NCBI GenBank assembly: GCA_051599415.1
Contig: AP039693.1
Location: forward strand, 620,001-684,000
Length of the DNA stretch: 64,000 bases
DNA from: Savitreella phatthalungensis
Lineage: Eukaryota
Reading direction: 5' to 3'
Shown here: positions 42,789 through 52,643 of the stretch, piece by piece
Numbering within the stretch: the first letter of the stretch is position 1
How the letters are laid out: each line of letters starts with the position of its first letter
Made by a program: the position numbers and the translations under genes
Notes under the pieces: model-generated
Databases searched by the model: none
The model's input: the letters and a program-made list of their open reading frames with translations, nothing else
What the model was told of the DNA's origin: nothing

Positions 42789-43595
42789 TCAGAGGACCCC
42801 TGTTCGGATCAAGTCTACGACACGCATAATGTCGTTCGCGTGTTCCTCCGTTGCGCCGGCTTTCAGCAGGCCGTAGATGTGCGAAGTCAATTGAGCCGGC
42901 ACGTCCTCCTCCGATCGAAGACATGCAACGGCGATGGCGGATGTGTTAATGCGATCGACATGCTCTGTGGCTGAGAGATTGTAGCCGTATGCAGTGGTCG
43001 TGATAACATTGCCAAGGTCAGGGTGCCAGGACGACAACTTGTCGAGCAAGCGCGAGGCCAATCCGTCTGGCGCGTAGACCGAGTTCCATAGATCACGGCC
43101 GTGCATTTGCATCGTTTCGAGAGACGTTTCCTGCTGTGCACGCGAGGATTGCAGACTGCGCCAGACCGGATCTATCGCTTTTGCAACCGCAGTGGTGTCT
43201 GCATGACCAGCATCTCGAGAGAACGTGAGGCGTTGTTCTTTCGTCAATGCGGAGATGGACCCAAGCACGCGAGGAACGCCAAGGAATGGCATGCATTTGA
43301 GCACGGCATCGCGCATACTCTTCCCTGCAGTAAGGCGAGCTTCTGAAGCTGTTATATCAGCTGCAACCTCGCGCCATACAGCCTGCACGCACAATGGAGC
43401 ATTCAGCGAAGTATAAATCGCTGCGAGGACAATGAACCATCGAGATCTGTCTCGCGCGTGATTTTGCAGAATTACTCGGGCTCGCGCGATCGTCTCTCGC
43501 GTCTGTTGCTCTGTCGCATCCTGCCGAAAGCCATGCGCAACATGCGTCCGCTTGGCGATGGCCAGCTTCGTCGACGCACTCAGGTGTATGCTCAT
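42789..43595 (-). CDS. AhpD/carboxymuconolactone-decarboxylase-like protein (yeast Pxp2/YJR111C-like)
   Basis: MRDAVLKCMPFLGVPR; GRDLWNSVY; HPDL...AYG; TSAIAVACL...QLTSHIYGLLK. Confidence 0.75.
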   Translation of the reverse strand: MSIHLSASTKLAIAKRTHVAHGFRQDATEQQTRETIARARVILQNHARDRSRWFIVLAAIYTSLNAPLCVQAVWREVAADITASEARLTAGKSMRDAVLKCMPFLGVPRVLGSISALTKEQRLTFSRDAGHADTTAVAKAIDPVWRSLQSSRAQQETSLETMQMHGRDLWNSVYAPDGLASRLLDKLSSWHPDLGNVITTTAYGYNLSATEHVDRINTSAIAVACLRSEEDVPAQLTSHIYGLLKAGATEEHANDIMRVVDLIRTGVL

Positions 43596-45011
43596 GCATG
43601 CGGCCTTGGGGAGTCACAGCTAGTCTGTAAAATCAATTGATGCCACATCTACCTCGATGTCACATGAACAATTGACAAATCTGAGCAATATTTGATCGAC
43701 CAGCTGCGTATCAACGAAGGTAAATAGATGTACGAGGTCGAAAAATCGCCATATGGGGCATCGGTTCACAGGACATATATGATTTAATGTCCTGGAAATG
43801 AATCCTTGCAACTGTACGTGGGAGATATGTGTTGAGCCGAAGACGACGAAGCATTCAGAGGGCGACTCAGGAAATTTGTAGAGGGCACATATGCGGACAC
43901 GATCGCGGAACCATCAGTCGCAGTTGCACGCAAGGTATGCTTGGAACTATCATATATGACAGTGGATGCAGCAGAATAAGGATCGACAGATTGCTTCTAA
44001 CACTGCCATATTCTGGGCGTACGCGTCAGTCAAAACCGTCAGTCAACCTTCAGCGAATGCTTGTCGAGCAAACTTGCTGGGCAACTGCTGACGTGCCCTG
44101 GGACAGAATGCACAGTGAAGAGAGCCGCTATCGTTGACAGCATGATGTAGTAAGGATTGGCGCTCTTGAAGCAAATACAATCAGGAGGGCAGACGCGATC
44201 GGGTCAAGTCAAGTGGGACGGATCAGCAAGAATTGCCGTTGGAAGGCTGAAGATCTGAATGTCTTTTGAGAGTGCAACTTCTGAAAAATCCAACAGAGGT
44301 CATCTCGATCCTCGTTATGCGATATAATGCAGGTGTAATCGCAAGATAAACCCAGGGCGAGTGACTGAAGTGAGAATAAGGGTTTCTGTGAAGGCGAGAT
44401 TGATCAACTCCTTCACGTCATGTCTCAAATGCACGGCAAGTGAGTTGGAGACTTGCGCAGGTTGAGGCCTTGACCGCCCAGCCCCCTGCCTTCCCAGTTC
44501 TTAGATAAGACTGATATCGGAGGGCAGTGACACTGGAGGACCAGAAACACAAGATCGATCAGTTCATTGATCGGGATCGGGCACCTTTGAGACTATTTCG
44601 ATCCTCGGCAATTAGCTTTTTGTCTCTTAATCGAGACAAAAACATTGATAACCTAGACGAGGTCAGTATGGTTGGTCATGTACCTTATTTAAGAGCCTGG
44701 GCGGTAAAAGGTTAGAATGATTGGTCAGTCGAGGTGCAGAACCATGCAAGCCACGAGTGAAATGAGACAGTTCCCTTAGTGGGTAAAGCCATTACTGTCT
44801 GTCCGTGAATATAGTCGTACCTATCCTGGATGGATGGCAGTTCTTCGAGCGCTTGAGACGCTAAGCATATACTACTACGGTACGCACAGACAGAAGGAGA
44901 ATTCAATAAGGTCTGACTTCCGCTCAGCGTACAAAAGGCTCATCGTCCGCCCTTACGAATCGTGATCACTAGTTCTGCAGCCTTGTGCGTGCGTTCGTCA
45001 ATCCGACAACC

Positions 45012-46349
45012 ATGGCGACCTTCACGCTTGGCAGCAATTCGCCAACGCACAGCACTGGCAGCATCGGCTCGTCCTCAGGGCGAAATCCGAGCCACAAGCC
45101 TGCCCTTCTGCGGCCGTTCAGATCTCAAAAGATCAGACCTGAAGACATGATTGATTGGACGAGAGAGAAGCGCACGAGACGAGAGAAATTCGCGCGGATG
45201 ACACCATGGATTGCGTTCGGTGTAGGTATCGTCATGTGTATCGTCGGTGCCATATGGGGCTGGGCTGACGTCCCGAAGCACACATATACACAGGTTTGGT
45301 ACGAAGATTTTAGTTCAGGCAAGCTTGATCTAGTCAACGACTTTAACCGCGAGGTCTCGTTCGGATCTTTCGGTGCTCACTCCTTCGAGTGGAATACGAA
45401 CTTCGACAACAACTCGTATGTCAAGGATCGGAAGTTGCACATCCATCCGAGGATGACTGACGAATACTGGAACACGCCAGGTGCGTCTTTGAACCTGACC
45501 GAGACCGGCGAATGCACTGTTCCCTACACTGACTCTGACTGCTTTGCTCAGCGCAATATTTCGAAAGGTGCCTGGTTTAATGCGATGACCTCAGCTCGTC
45601 TAACAACCAAGGACAAGCACTTCATTCGATTCGGACGGGTCGAGGTCCACGCCAAAATGGGTCTTGGCGACTGGCTGTGGAACGCTGTTTGGCTGCATGC
45701 CCAGAATGATACCTACGGTACATGGCCTGCGACCGGTGAGATTGACTTGATCGAGCACCGTGGCAATAAGCCAGGATATGCAGGTGGTGGTTACGAGGTG
45801 ATGCAGTCCTCTATTCACGCCGCACCTATCGGAGCCCAACCGGGAATGTCGCGCTTGCCGATCAAGAAGCGCGTGCCGAGTATCCAGCTGCCTTTCTCCG
45901 AGCCTGCTCGCGAGTTTCACACGTACGGTGTTGATATCACCCCACAATTCGTTCACATCTGGTGGGACTCGCCGATTAACATCGCGCTCAGTTTCCCTTT
46001 CCATTCTGACCCATGGACGAACTTCGACCTCGCGCCAACTTGGATCGGTCAGACGCTACCGAACCCATGGCTATCCTCACGACACAAATGCGCTCCATTC
46101 GATCAGGCTTTCTACCTTGTCCTCAACGTTGCCGTCGCTGGAAATCCAGGTTACTTCGGTGATGCACGACAGGCTCCCTGGGGTGTGGAGACAAATTGGT
46201 ACAATGGTCAGAGACAGATCTGGGACGCTCGTGAAGAATTCAGTCACACTTGGACCGAGGAAGAGGTTCCGATGAAGATTGAGTGGATCCGCATGTCCCA
46301 GCTCGATGACGTTGATAAATGGCTCAACCAGCCTTCTGCTCTATACTAA
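45012..46349 (+). CDS. GH16 beta-1,3-glucanase / glucan-binding-like protein with an N-terminal membrane anchor
   Basis: SARLTTK...FGRVEVHAKM; WPATGEIDLIE (ExDxxE); APFDQAFYLVLNVAV; TM segment WIAFGVGIVMCIVGAIWG. Confidence 0.92.
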   Translation: MATFTLGSNSPTHSTGSIGSSSGRNPSHKPALLRPFRSQKIRPEDMIDWTREKRTRREKFARMTPWIAFGVGIVMCIVGAIWGWADVPKHTYTQVWYEDFSSGKLDLVNDFNREVSFGSFGAHSFEWNTNFDNNSYVKDRKLHIHPRMTDEYWNTPGASLNLTETGECTVPYTDSDCFAQRNISKGAWFNAMTSARLTTKDKHFIRFGRVEVHAKMGLGDWLWNAVWLHAQNDTYGTWPATGEIDLIEHRGNKPGYAGGGYEVMQSSIHAAPIGAQPGMSRLPIKKRVPSIQLPFSEPAREFHTYGVDITPQFVHIWWDSPINIALSFPFHSDPWTNFDLAPTWIGQTLPNPWLSSRHKCAPFDQAFYLVLNVAVAGNPGYFGDARQAPWGVETNWYNGQRQIWDAREEFSHTWTEEEVPMKIEWIRMSQLDDVDKWLNQPSALY

Positions 46350-46412
46350 ATGGCGCCGCTCTTTCACGACAATAGACTTTCCCGAACACACATGTAAGCG
46401 TAGGCATGATAT

Positions 46413-47561
46413 TCATTCTCTCTTTAAAAAAGACGTGACAGCGTCGTTCGTCGTTGCTTTCGTTGTAAGTGATTGCGCTAGCAAAGCTGGATGGGATGGG
46501 TTCACAAGCATTTCCGTCAGAACGGCACTCTCTTCAGCCAACGCTTCCTGCAGTGCTTTGAGCGCCTCGAGGCGGCTTCTTGCTTTCAACAGAGTGTCTG
46601 CGCTCGCTTTGACAGTCCGGTGCCCGAATGATGGGCTTCCTCCAGCAAAGTTGAGATCCGGCACTGCGGCAAAGGGCGAACCAGTGGAGGACTTCGAGCG
46701 CAAGCTGTCTGGAAGGACAAAGGAAAATGCGCTCGGAGGTGGAGTCGCAAAACTGTTTGATGCAGGTGATGAATTCCTCGGCGGCACTGGTGTCGCCCCG
46801 CTCAGGCCAGCGCGTGCAGCGCGTGCGAATTGGCTTCGCGGCCTGGCTTTTGGTAAGTTGTCAGTCTCAGAATCGCTGCCGCTTGGTACCGCGTTCTCGC
46901 CACCGATGTCCAAATCCGTGTCACTATCTCCTGAGCTATCGTTGTCGCTCAGAGGGACGCGTGTGGAAGAAGGCGTTGCTCTGAACGTTTCGCCCCGTCG
47001 ATCGGACAATGATACTTTAGGTTGCTGTGCTTGTGGCGTTGAGAAGCTCGGAATGTCGCGAGATCCAGCGTATGCTGAAGTCCCCTTTTTCGCCGTCGGA
47101 GCACTTGGACGTGTGGTATTATTGATTTGTGGGCCTGGTTTCGAGCTCCTAGGGACCGAAGGTCGCGCAAATGATGCCTGCTGTGGCATATGAGCTGGTT
47201 TTGTCGAATAAGAAGGTTTTGGCGGACCATCCCAGGGCGGCTGCCATTTAGGATCGCTCTTTGTCTGCCGTTTTGGCGATGGTCGCGTCGCCGAGGGAGG
47301 TGGTTTTGCGGCTCGCGCAACTCGCGGACGCACACTGTCATAGGACCGCTTAGTCACAGGATCCTTGAGCACTTCATACGCCGTAGTGATGAGCTGGAAC
47401 TTTGCATGATATTCATTCTCGTGTCCGGGATTCTTATCTGGATGATGCGTCCGGGCTAGCTCAAGGTATGCGCGCCGGATGTCGACTTGGCTTACATTAC
47501 AAGATCTCAGACCGAGCGCCCCATAGTAATCTCTTGTCGCGTCAAGCTCGGGTTTGACCAT
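46413..47561 (-). CDS. J-domain (Hsp40 class C) protein with a Pro/Ser-rich disordered body
   Basis: RDYYGALGL...IRRAYLELARTHHPDKNP...FQLITTAYEVLKDPVTKRSYD. Confidence 0.88.
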   Translation of the reverse strand: MVKPELDATRDYYGALGLRSCNVSQVDIRRAYLELARTHHPDKNPGHENEYHAKFQLITTAYEVLKDPVTKRSYDSVRPRVARAAKPPPSATRPSPKRQTKSDPKWQPPWDGPPKPSYSTKPAHMPQQASFARPSVPRSSKPGPQINNTTRPSAPTAKKGTSAYAGSRDIPSFSTPQAQQPKVSLSDRRGETFRATPSSTRVPLSDNDSSGDSDTDLDIGGENAVPSGSDSETDNLPKARPRSQFARAARAGLSGATPVPPRNSSPASNSFATPPPSAFSFVLPDSLRSKSSTGSPFAAVPDLNFAGGSPSFGHRTVKASADTLLKARSRLEALKALQEALAEESAVLTEMLVNPSHPALLAQSLTTKATTNDAVTSFLKRE

Positions 47562-47613
47562 GAGCGCACGCGTATTCCCCGTTCGTGCCTCGGGGGTAAA
47601 TATTTACTTTCTA

Positions 47614-48696
47614 CTACCTGTGCATTGCTTTAATCCAGTCGTCCACGGTTGCGTCAGAGCGCTCGACGGATTCATGAACCTCTTCATCGGAATCCGGATC
47701 AACAAGCTCACCATTATGCTCAGCTTCGGCCTCTTCTTCCTCAGCGTCACTGACAGTTTGGGCTCTATCCGAGACCGACATATCCTGCATCAGCTTGCGC
47801 AGTTGCTCCTTCTTCTGCAAGTCCTGGGAAGCATCCCGTTCGGCTCTCAGCGCTTCCATCTCAGGTTTGTAGATCTCCTCGAATTCTTGTCGCTTGTTGT
47901 CGAGCGCTTTCATGTAATCGTCAAAGCCCGCGCCAGACAATGCAGAAACGCCGACGACGTCTAGATGATTGTAGAACTCCTCAAGAACAAGACTCATGGA
48001 GTTCATCAGTGAGTGCATGTACCCGGAGCCGGCCGCGTCGTCCGGTTGGCTCTGCTCCTCTCGCCGCAGCGCAAGCTGGAAAGACTCGAAGTCGCGCATC
48101 CATTGAATCTGCTCGTCGATTCCTTCCTCAAGTGCGTCGATCTTATTGAAGACGACAATCATCGGCAGACGTGTCTTGTACAGGATGGACACGGCGTAAA
48201 GCATTGAAGAGATGAATGTCGAACACGACTTGCTTCGGGGAGCATCGATGACGTAGGTTAGCACGGTTGGAACGCTTGATGCCAGTGCATCAGTTATGAT
48301 TGCGCCAGAAGCTGACCAGGTAAAGATCTCGATCTGACCGGGAGTGTCGAGTAGCACATGCGAGCAGCGTCGTTTCTCAAGCCGTTGCTCTACAAGCCCT
48401 AGAACTTGATCGAACTTTGTCGTGAAAAGATTCAAGGATGTCAGAATGCCCCCGTTTGGACCCAAATTGTACTGCTTCATGACCTCCTTATAGTTGACCG
48501 TGTCGCGGATGTCGACATTGCATGGATATGGCGTCTCGAGCACAGCCGGATCAAGGTTCAGTATATAGGGTTTTCTTGCGCGGCGTCGGAGATGTGAGTT
48601 CAGTCGCTGCATGAATGTCGTCTTACCGGCTCCAGCCATACCGATAACGATGGTCGCGACAGGCGCATCTTCCGTCTGTGTAGATGAGCTCGTCAT
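47614..48696 (-). CDS. NPA3: GPN-loop GTPase 1 (RNA polymerase II biogenesis)
   Basis: GMAGAGKT; NLDPAV; YNLGPNGGILTSLNLF; DTPGQIE; NKID. Confidence 0.96.
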   Translation of the reverse strand: MTSSSTQTEDAPVATIVIGMAGAGKTTFMQRLNSHLRRRARKPYILNLDPAVLETPYPCNVDIRDTVNYKEVMKQYNLGPNGGILTSLNLFTTKFDQVLGLVEQRLEKRRCSHVLLDTPGQIEIFTWSASGAIITDALASSVPTVLTYVIDAPRSKSCSTFISSMLYAVSILYKTRLPMIVVFNKIDALEEGIDEQIQWMRDFESFQLALRREEQSQPDDAAGSGYMHSLMNSMSLVLEEFYNHLDVVGVSALSGAGFDDYMKALDNKRQEFEEIYKPEMEALRAERDASQDLQKKEQLRKLMQDMSVSDRAQTVSDAEEEEAEAEHNGELVDPDSDEEVHESVERSDATVDDWIKAMHR

Positions 48697-48873
48697 GCTC
48701 TCAACTAATTGAGAGCCTCACGGCTGCTCACCTTCCAAAGTATTGCTCCTTTCTTTTTTTCTTTGCACGTGAGGATTAAGCCTCATAACGTGGAGTGAGA
48801 CGCGTGACCTTTTATCTTGGTGCACCTGTGCAAAGACGTACGTGTCGCAGACGGCTGCACGACACTCATACAA

Positions 48874-50466
48874 ATGGCTCGCTCGAAGACGCAGCGTCGT
48901 GAGCAGACTCAGACCATGCCCGCGACGGAGAGCATCGCGCCAGCTGCGGAGCGCAGAAAGCCCTCGATGCTGCCTGCAATCCTCTTCGCCGGCTCTATCG
49001 TCATCCGTATGGTTGTCATGCCTCTTGTCGCTTTCTTGGCTGTGGGCGGTATCACTACGCGCTCCTCGTATCCCCAGGCTTATACGGGCAAGGACGTGAG
49101 TTGCACAGTGGAGGCGCTCGACGGACCACTATTTTGTGAGCATGAGCTTGTCTTTGCTGAGCAGGGTGTCGCCCTTTTGTCCTGCGATCCTGGCCGGGGC
49201 GAATGGAATACCGTAATGGGTCCTCTTGATAAGCCGGATCCCCGCGGAAAACTCTGGCTGTATGACTACGCAGGCTCGAAAAAATCCACTGAGCTCGACC
49301 TTCAAGCCAGCGGCTTCCCCAGTGACCGAGACTTTCACCCGCTTGGACTCGCCAAATACGCTTCCGACGACAAGCTCTCGCTCTTTGTCGTGAATCACAA
49401 CAGATTCGGTCCGACCATCGAAGTCTTCGAGGGCTCTTGGACAAAGAAGAAGGCCTCGCACGCGATGCAGCTCACCTGGAAGAAGACGTTCGGTCCTGAT
49501 GAAGAAATCATTTCCGCCAATGCGATAGCTGCTGTCGATCATGATCACTTATATGTGACGAACGATCATGCGAGCACCAGATTGCACAGCGGCTCTGTTG
49601 CTTCTGTCTTCGAGACATTCACAGGCGTCCTGAACCCACGGTCATTCGTCTCTCATATCGACCTGAGGACGGGCAACATAACGCGCGCCGCTGAACGCGT
49701 TCCGTTTGCCAATGGCATCGCGTATGGAAGGTATTCGACCAATATCTACGTCGTCTCGAGCACGCGTGGGAGCGTGCTTGTCTACGATACCACGAATCCT
49801 ATCAAGCTTCGCCGCATTGACGAGATCAAGTTTGGCTATATTCTTGACAATATCGACGTCGTCGAGCGTACAGTGACGCAGCACAATCTGGAAACACTAG
49901 AGAAGGAATACTTTGAGACGGAGGAGCTCTACGTCGGAGGGCATCCGAAGTATTTCGGAAGTGCCGGATTGCTGGCCGTTAAAGCAGCACCGCATACGGG
50001 CCTCTCTGATGTTGACCCACAGGCTGCTCCAGGCGATAAGCGGCAGGCGCCCAGCTGGATCAGTAGCGCTCGCCAATTTACCACATACGAGAGATCTCGT
50101 GTCAAGAGCGACAAACCGCTCAACGAAAGACCTGTGCATGAGCTTTATCCTCTGAGCAAGAATGCAACTTGGCACGAGCCAATTTTGAAGGATAACGTGC
50201 GCGGCAAGGCGAAGGGCCGTGAGTGGCGCAAGCGCACGATCTACCAAAATGACGGCCGTGAGTTCAGGACAGCTGCTGGAATGGCGATAGACGTACATCG
50301 GAATATCGGCGTTTCAGGTGGCTTGTATGAGCAGGGAGTCCTGGTATGTCGAGGTGTCATGGAGAGGCTGCGTCCAGCTCCTCCTGTTGCGGCAGATGAG
50401 CCCAGGCGGTTTGATGACGAAGGCAACGAAGTGCCATTCGAGGTGTGGTCTCATGAGGAGCTGTAA
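48874..50466 (+). CDS. Paraoxonase/arylesterase-like beta-propeller protein, membrane-anchored, ending in HEEL
   Basis: FCE...LSCDPGRGEWNTVMG; FHPLGL; FVVNH; YVTNDH; FANGI; DNI; hydrophobic segment near the N-terminus. First ATG 48874. Confidence 0.85.
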   Translation: MARSKTQRREQTQTMPATESIAPAAERRKPSMLPAILFAGSIVIRMVVMPLVAFLAVGGITTRSSYPQAYTGKDVSCTVEALDGPLFCEHELVFAEQGVALLSCDPGRGEWNTVMGPLDKPDPRGKLWLYDYAGSKKSTELDLQASGFPSDRDFHPLGLAKYASDDKLSLFVVNHNRFGPTIEVFEGSWTKKKASHAMQLTWKKTFGPDEEIISANAIAAVDHDHLYVTNDHASTRLHSGSVASVFETFTGVLNPRSFVSHIDLRTGNITRAAERVPFANGIAYGRYSTNIYVVSSTRGSVLVYDTTNPIKLRRIDEIKFGYILDNIDVVERTVTQHNLETLEKEYFETEELYVGGHPKYFGSAGLLAVKAAPHTGLSDVDPQAAPGDKRQAPSWISSARQFTTYERSRVKSDKPLNERPVHELYPLSKNATWHEPILKDNVRGKAKGREWRKRTIYQNDGREFRTAAGMAIDVHRNIGVSGGLYEQGVLVCRGVMERLRPAPPVAADEPRRFDDEGNEVPFEVWSHEEL

Positions 50467-51039
50467 TTCCTTGAAGTGCCTCAAAGTTCGTAGCGAATCA
50501 TGACATTCGTGACAGATGGCGTACGACATTGTTCCCAACACTGCGCTTCCAGTATGTGCTCCGGACTGGCCTCTGAAGCTGCTTGCAATGTAGCCGGAAG
50601 AAGTATCGTCATGCTGCGGACAGCCCAGTCTTGCTGACTTCGCTGAGCTGCAGTCATGATCAATGTATGCTGTAAGTCTTGGCTGTACCCTCGTTTGTCA
50701 CAACAGAGCGGCACGAAGTAAAAGGTCAAGGGGTGATTGTCCTGGTAGGACAGGTTCGCAGTCGTGTCGTCATGATTCGTCTTTCAATGATTGGGCAGCA
50801 AGCCGCGAGAACGCACCTTCGCTGTGTTGCACCGCTTTCGTGGCCTCAGACCTCATTTTAATCATTTGCGCTTCTAGCACGTCGCCCGGCGCATGGCCAC
50901 CTTTGCGCACATCATACGCTAGCTGTAATTGATCGCGACATGATCGAAAATGGCAGCAGCTGTTATTAAGCTAGCCTTGTGAGAGCAAAATGACGTGCTG
51001 AGGGGGAGACAGGACAGAGTATCGCGTAACACAGCAAGA

Positions 51040-51801
51040 ATGGCGAGGGTCGTCATCTGCGGAGGGTCTGGCAAGGTGGCGCAACTGCTGTTGCCGATGC
51101 TTGCTAATGATCCAATTGCGTTTGCGCGCGTCTATCCGCTCGTGAGATCGCAAGACAGGATGGAACATCTCGACGGTCACTCTGAAGTGGTGCAGCCGCG
51201 GCTCTTCGACTTGGAATATGCCTCGACACAGCAGATGGCATCCTTACTTCGAGAAGCCGATGTTGACACTGTCATATGGTCTGCTGGCGCGGGTGGTAAG
51301 GGCGGACACGAGAGGACGAAAGCCGTCGACCTGGACGCAGCCAAGCGAATGATCGATGCAACCGCGTCGGTCAGGGGTCGTCGATTCATAATGGTTTCAG
51401 CCCTGTCGAGTCGGGAAAGGGCAGATCGCGCTGCGTGGTGGGACGATGAGGACTTCGCGCAATTCCAGAAGAGTCAGGATGCGATCAGCTTCTATCACGA
51501 GTGTAAAGTGGCAGCAGACAAACACCTGATGGCGACCAAAGATATCAGCTGGACCATTGTCCGACCTGGCAGATTAACGGAAGCCCCCGCGACCGGCAGG
51601 GTCCAGGCTGGTAAAATCCATATAGCCGGGCAAGCCATCACGCGAGCAGACGTAGCGCAGGTCATTCTAGCGATATTGCAACACGATCGACTGCATACGG
51701 CTGGTCTCAACATCGACATTCTCAATGGCCCTGAGAATACTGCTCGACCTATTTCGGAAGCAATCGCTCGTGTTGTGCGCGAGCAGGAGACAACGCTTTA
51801 G
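51040..51801 (+). CDS. NAD(P)-binding atypical SDR (yeast YMR090W-like)
   Basis: GGSGKVA; WSAGAGGKGG...AVDLD; RFIMVSA; WTIVRPGRL; ITRADVA. Confidence 0.9.
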   Translation: MARVVICGGSGKVAQLLLPMLANDPIAFARVYPLVRSQDRMEHLDGHSEVVQPRLFDLEYASTQQMASLLREADVDTVIWSAGAGGKGGHERTKAVDLDAAKRMIDATASVRGRRFIMVSALSSRERADRAAWWDDEDFAQFQKSQDAISFYHECKVAADKHLMATKDISWTIVRPGRLTEAPATGRVQAGKIHIAGQAITRADVAQVILAILQHDRLHTAGLNIDILNGPENTARPISEAIARVVREQETTL

Positions 51802-51824
51802 CTGAATGTCATATATTTCATACG

Positions 51825-52571
51825 TTACAGGGGACATTCCGGAGCAGGCACCTTGATAATGGAAATGATGCCGTCCGTTGTCATATTGTGGTTGTACACT
51901 GAGGTTGCTGATGTCAGAGTGGAATTGTAGGTGACCTGGGCCGGACCCCAATGACACAGAGAGACTGGATCACGCCCGCCTTGTAAGGCTCTCCTGACGA
52001 CCTCGTCTCGCCCACGATTATAGCCATCGGTCACGAGATCATGATGATGCTCAAGATCAAGCTCTTGACTTGCAGCAAGCAACCAGGCGAAGCGCTTGAT
52101 GCCGTCGTCAACGAGCTGTGTCCAGCCGCGAAAATGATGACCGCCCACGAGGGTCTGTCGACAGGTGCCACCTGGCCAATCGCCGAAGTCTTCTCGATAG
52201 AGAAAGTCGAGTCTGCGAAGGCCACGCTCGTCCACGTTGGCATATGCCGGCGTTGAAAGATGTAGACCTAGACATTCATCGGCGAAGTCAAGCGCGCGCA
52301 GCCAATTCGCGAGGCCGCCCGGTTTGAGCAGCGCCACGGTCGAATTGCCCAATTCCTCATCGGACGCATCAGAGATGCCTGGCGCGAAAGAGTCTGCGGT
52401 CACAATGATATTGATGGGCTCATGGGCAGTGGTCGCATTTGGGCTCGGAGAGAAGAAGAACTGTAATGCCTGCGGGCCAGGATACTCGTACTGAGGTCGC
52501 ATGGAGCGGATGTGGCCAGGCCGAGGCACCAAGGCTGTGACAACCGTCAGCGCACGGATGCGAAGAAGCAT
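51825..52571 (-). CDS. Uncharacterised conserved fungal protein, possibly secreted
   Basis: 248 aa; blocks EPINIIV, FADECLGLH, GTCRQTLVGGHHFRGW, GYNRGRD, TTDG; four Cys; weak signal peptide. Confidence 0.7.
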   Translation of the reverse strand: MLLRIRALTVVTALVPRPGHIRSMRPQYEYPGPQALQFFFSPSPNATTAHEPINIIVTADSFAPGISDASDEELGNSTVALLKPGGLANWLRALDFADECLGLHLSTPAYANVDERGLRRLDFLYREDFGDWPGGTCRQTLVGGHHFRGWTQLVDDGIKRFAWLLAASQELDLEHHHDLVTDGYNRGRDEVVRRALQGGRDPVSLCHWGPAQVTYNSTLTSATSVYNHNMTTDGIISIIKVPAPECPL

Positions 52572-52643
52572 CTGCGACGTCGTCGTCTCGCAACAATGTG
52601 TCGAATTGAATTTTTGCGCAAGTCGCGTGGAGATATATTTGGT

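Noticed and set aside
50470..51030. Possible small spliced gene or snoRNA between the paraoxonase-like and NAD(P)-binding genes
   Set aside because: Candidate splice signals give only a short unrecognisable peptide, and I found no clear C/D or H/ACA architecture.
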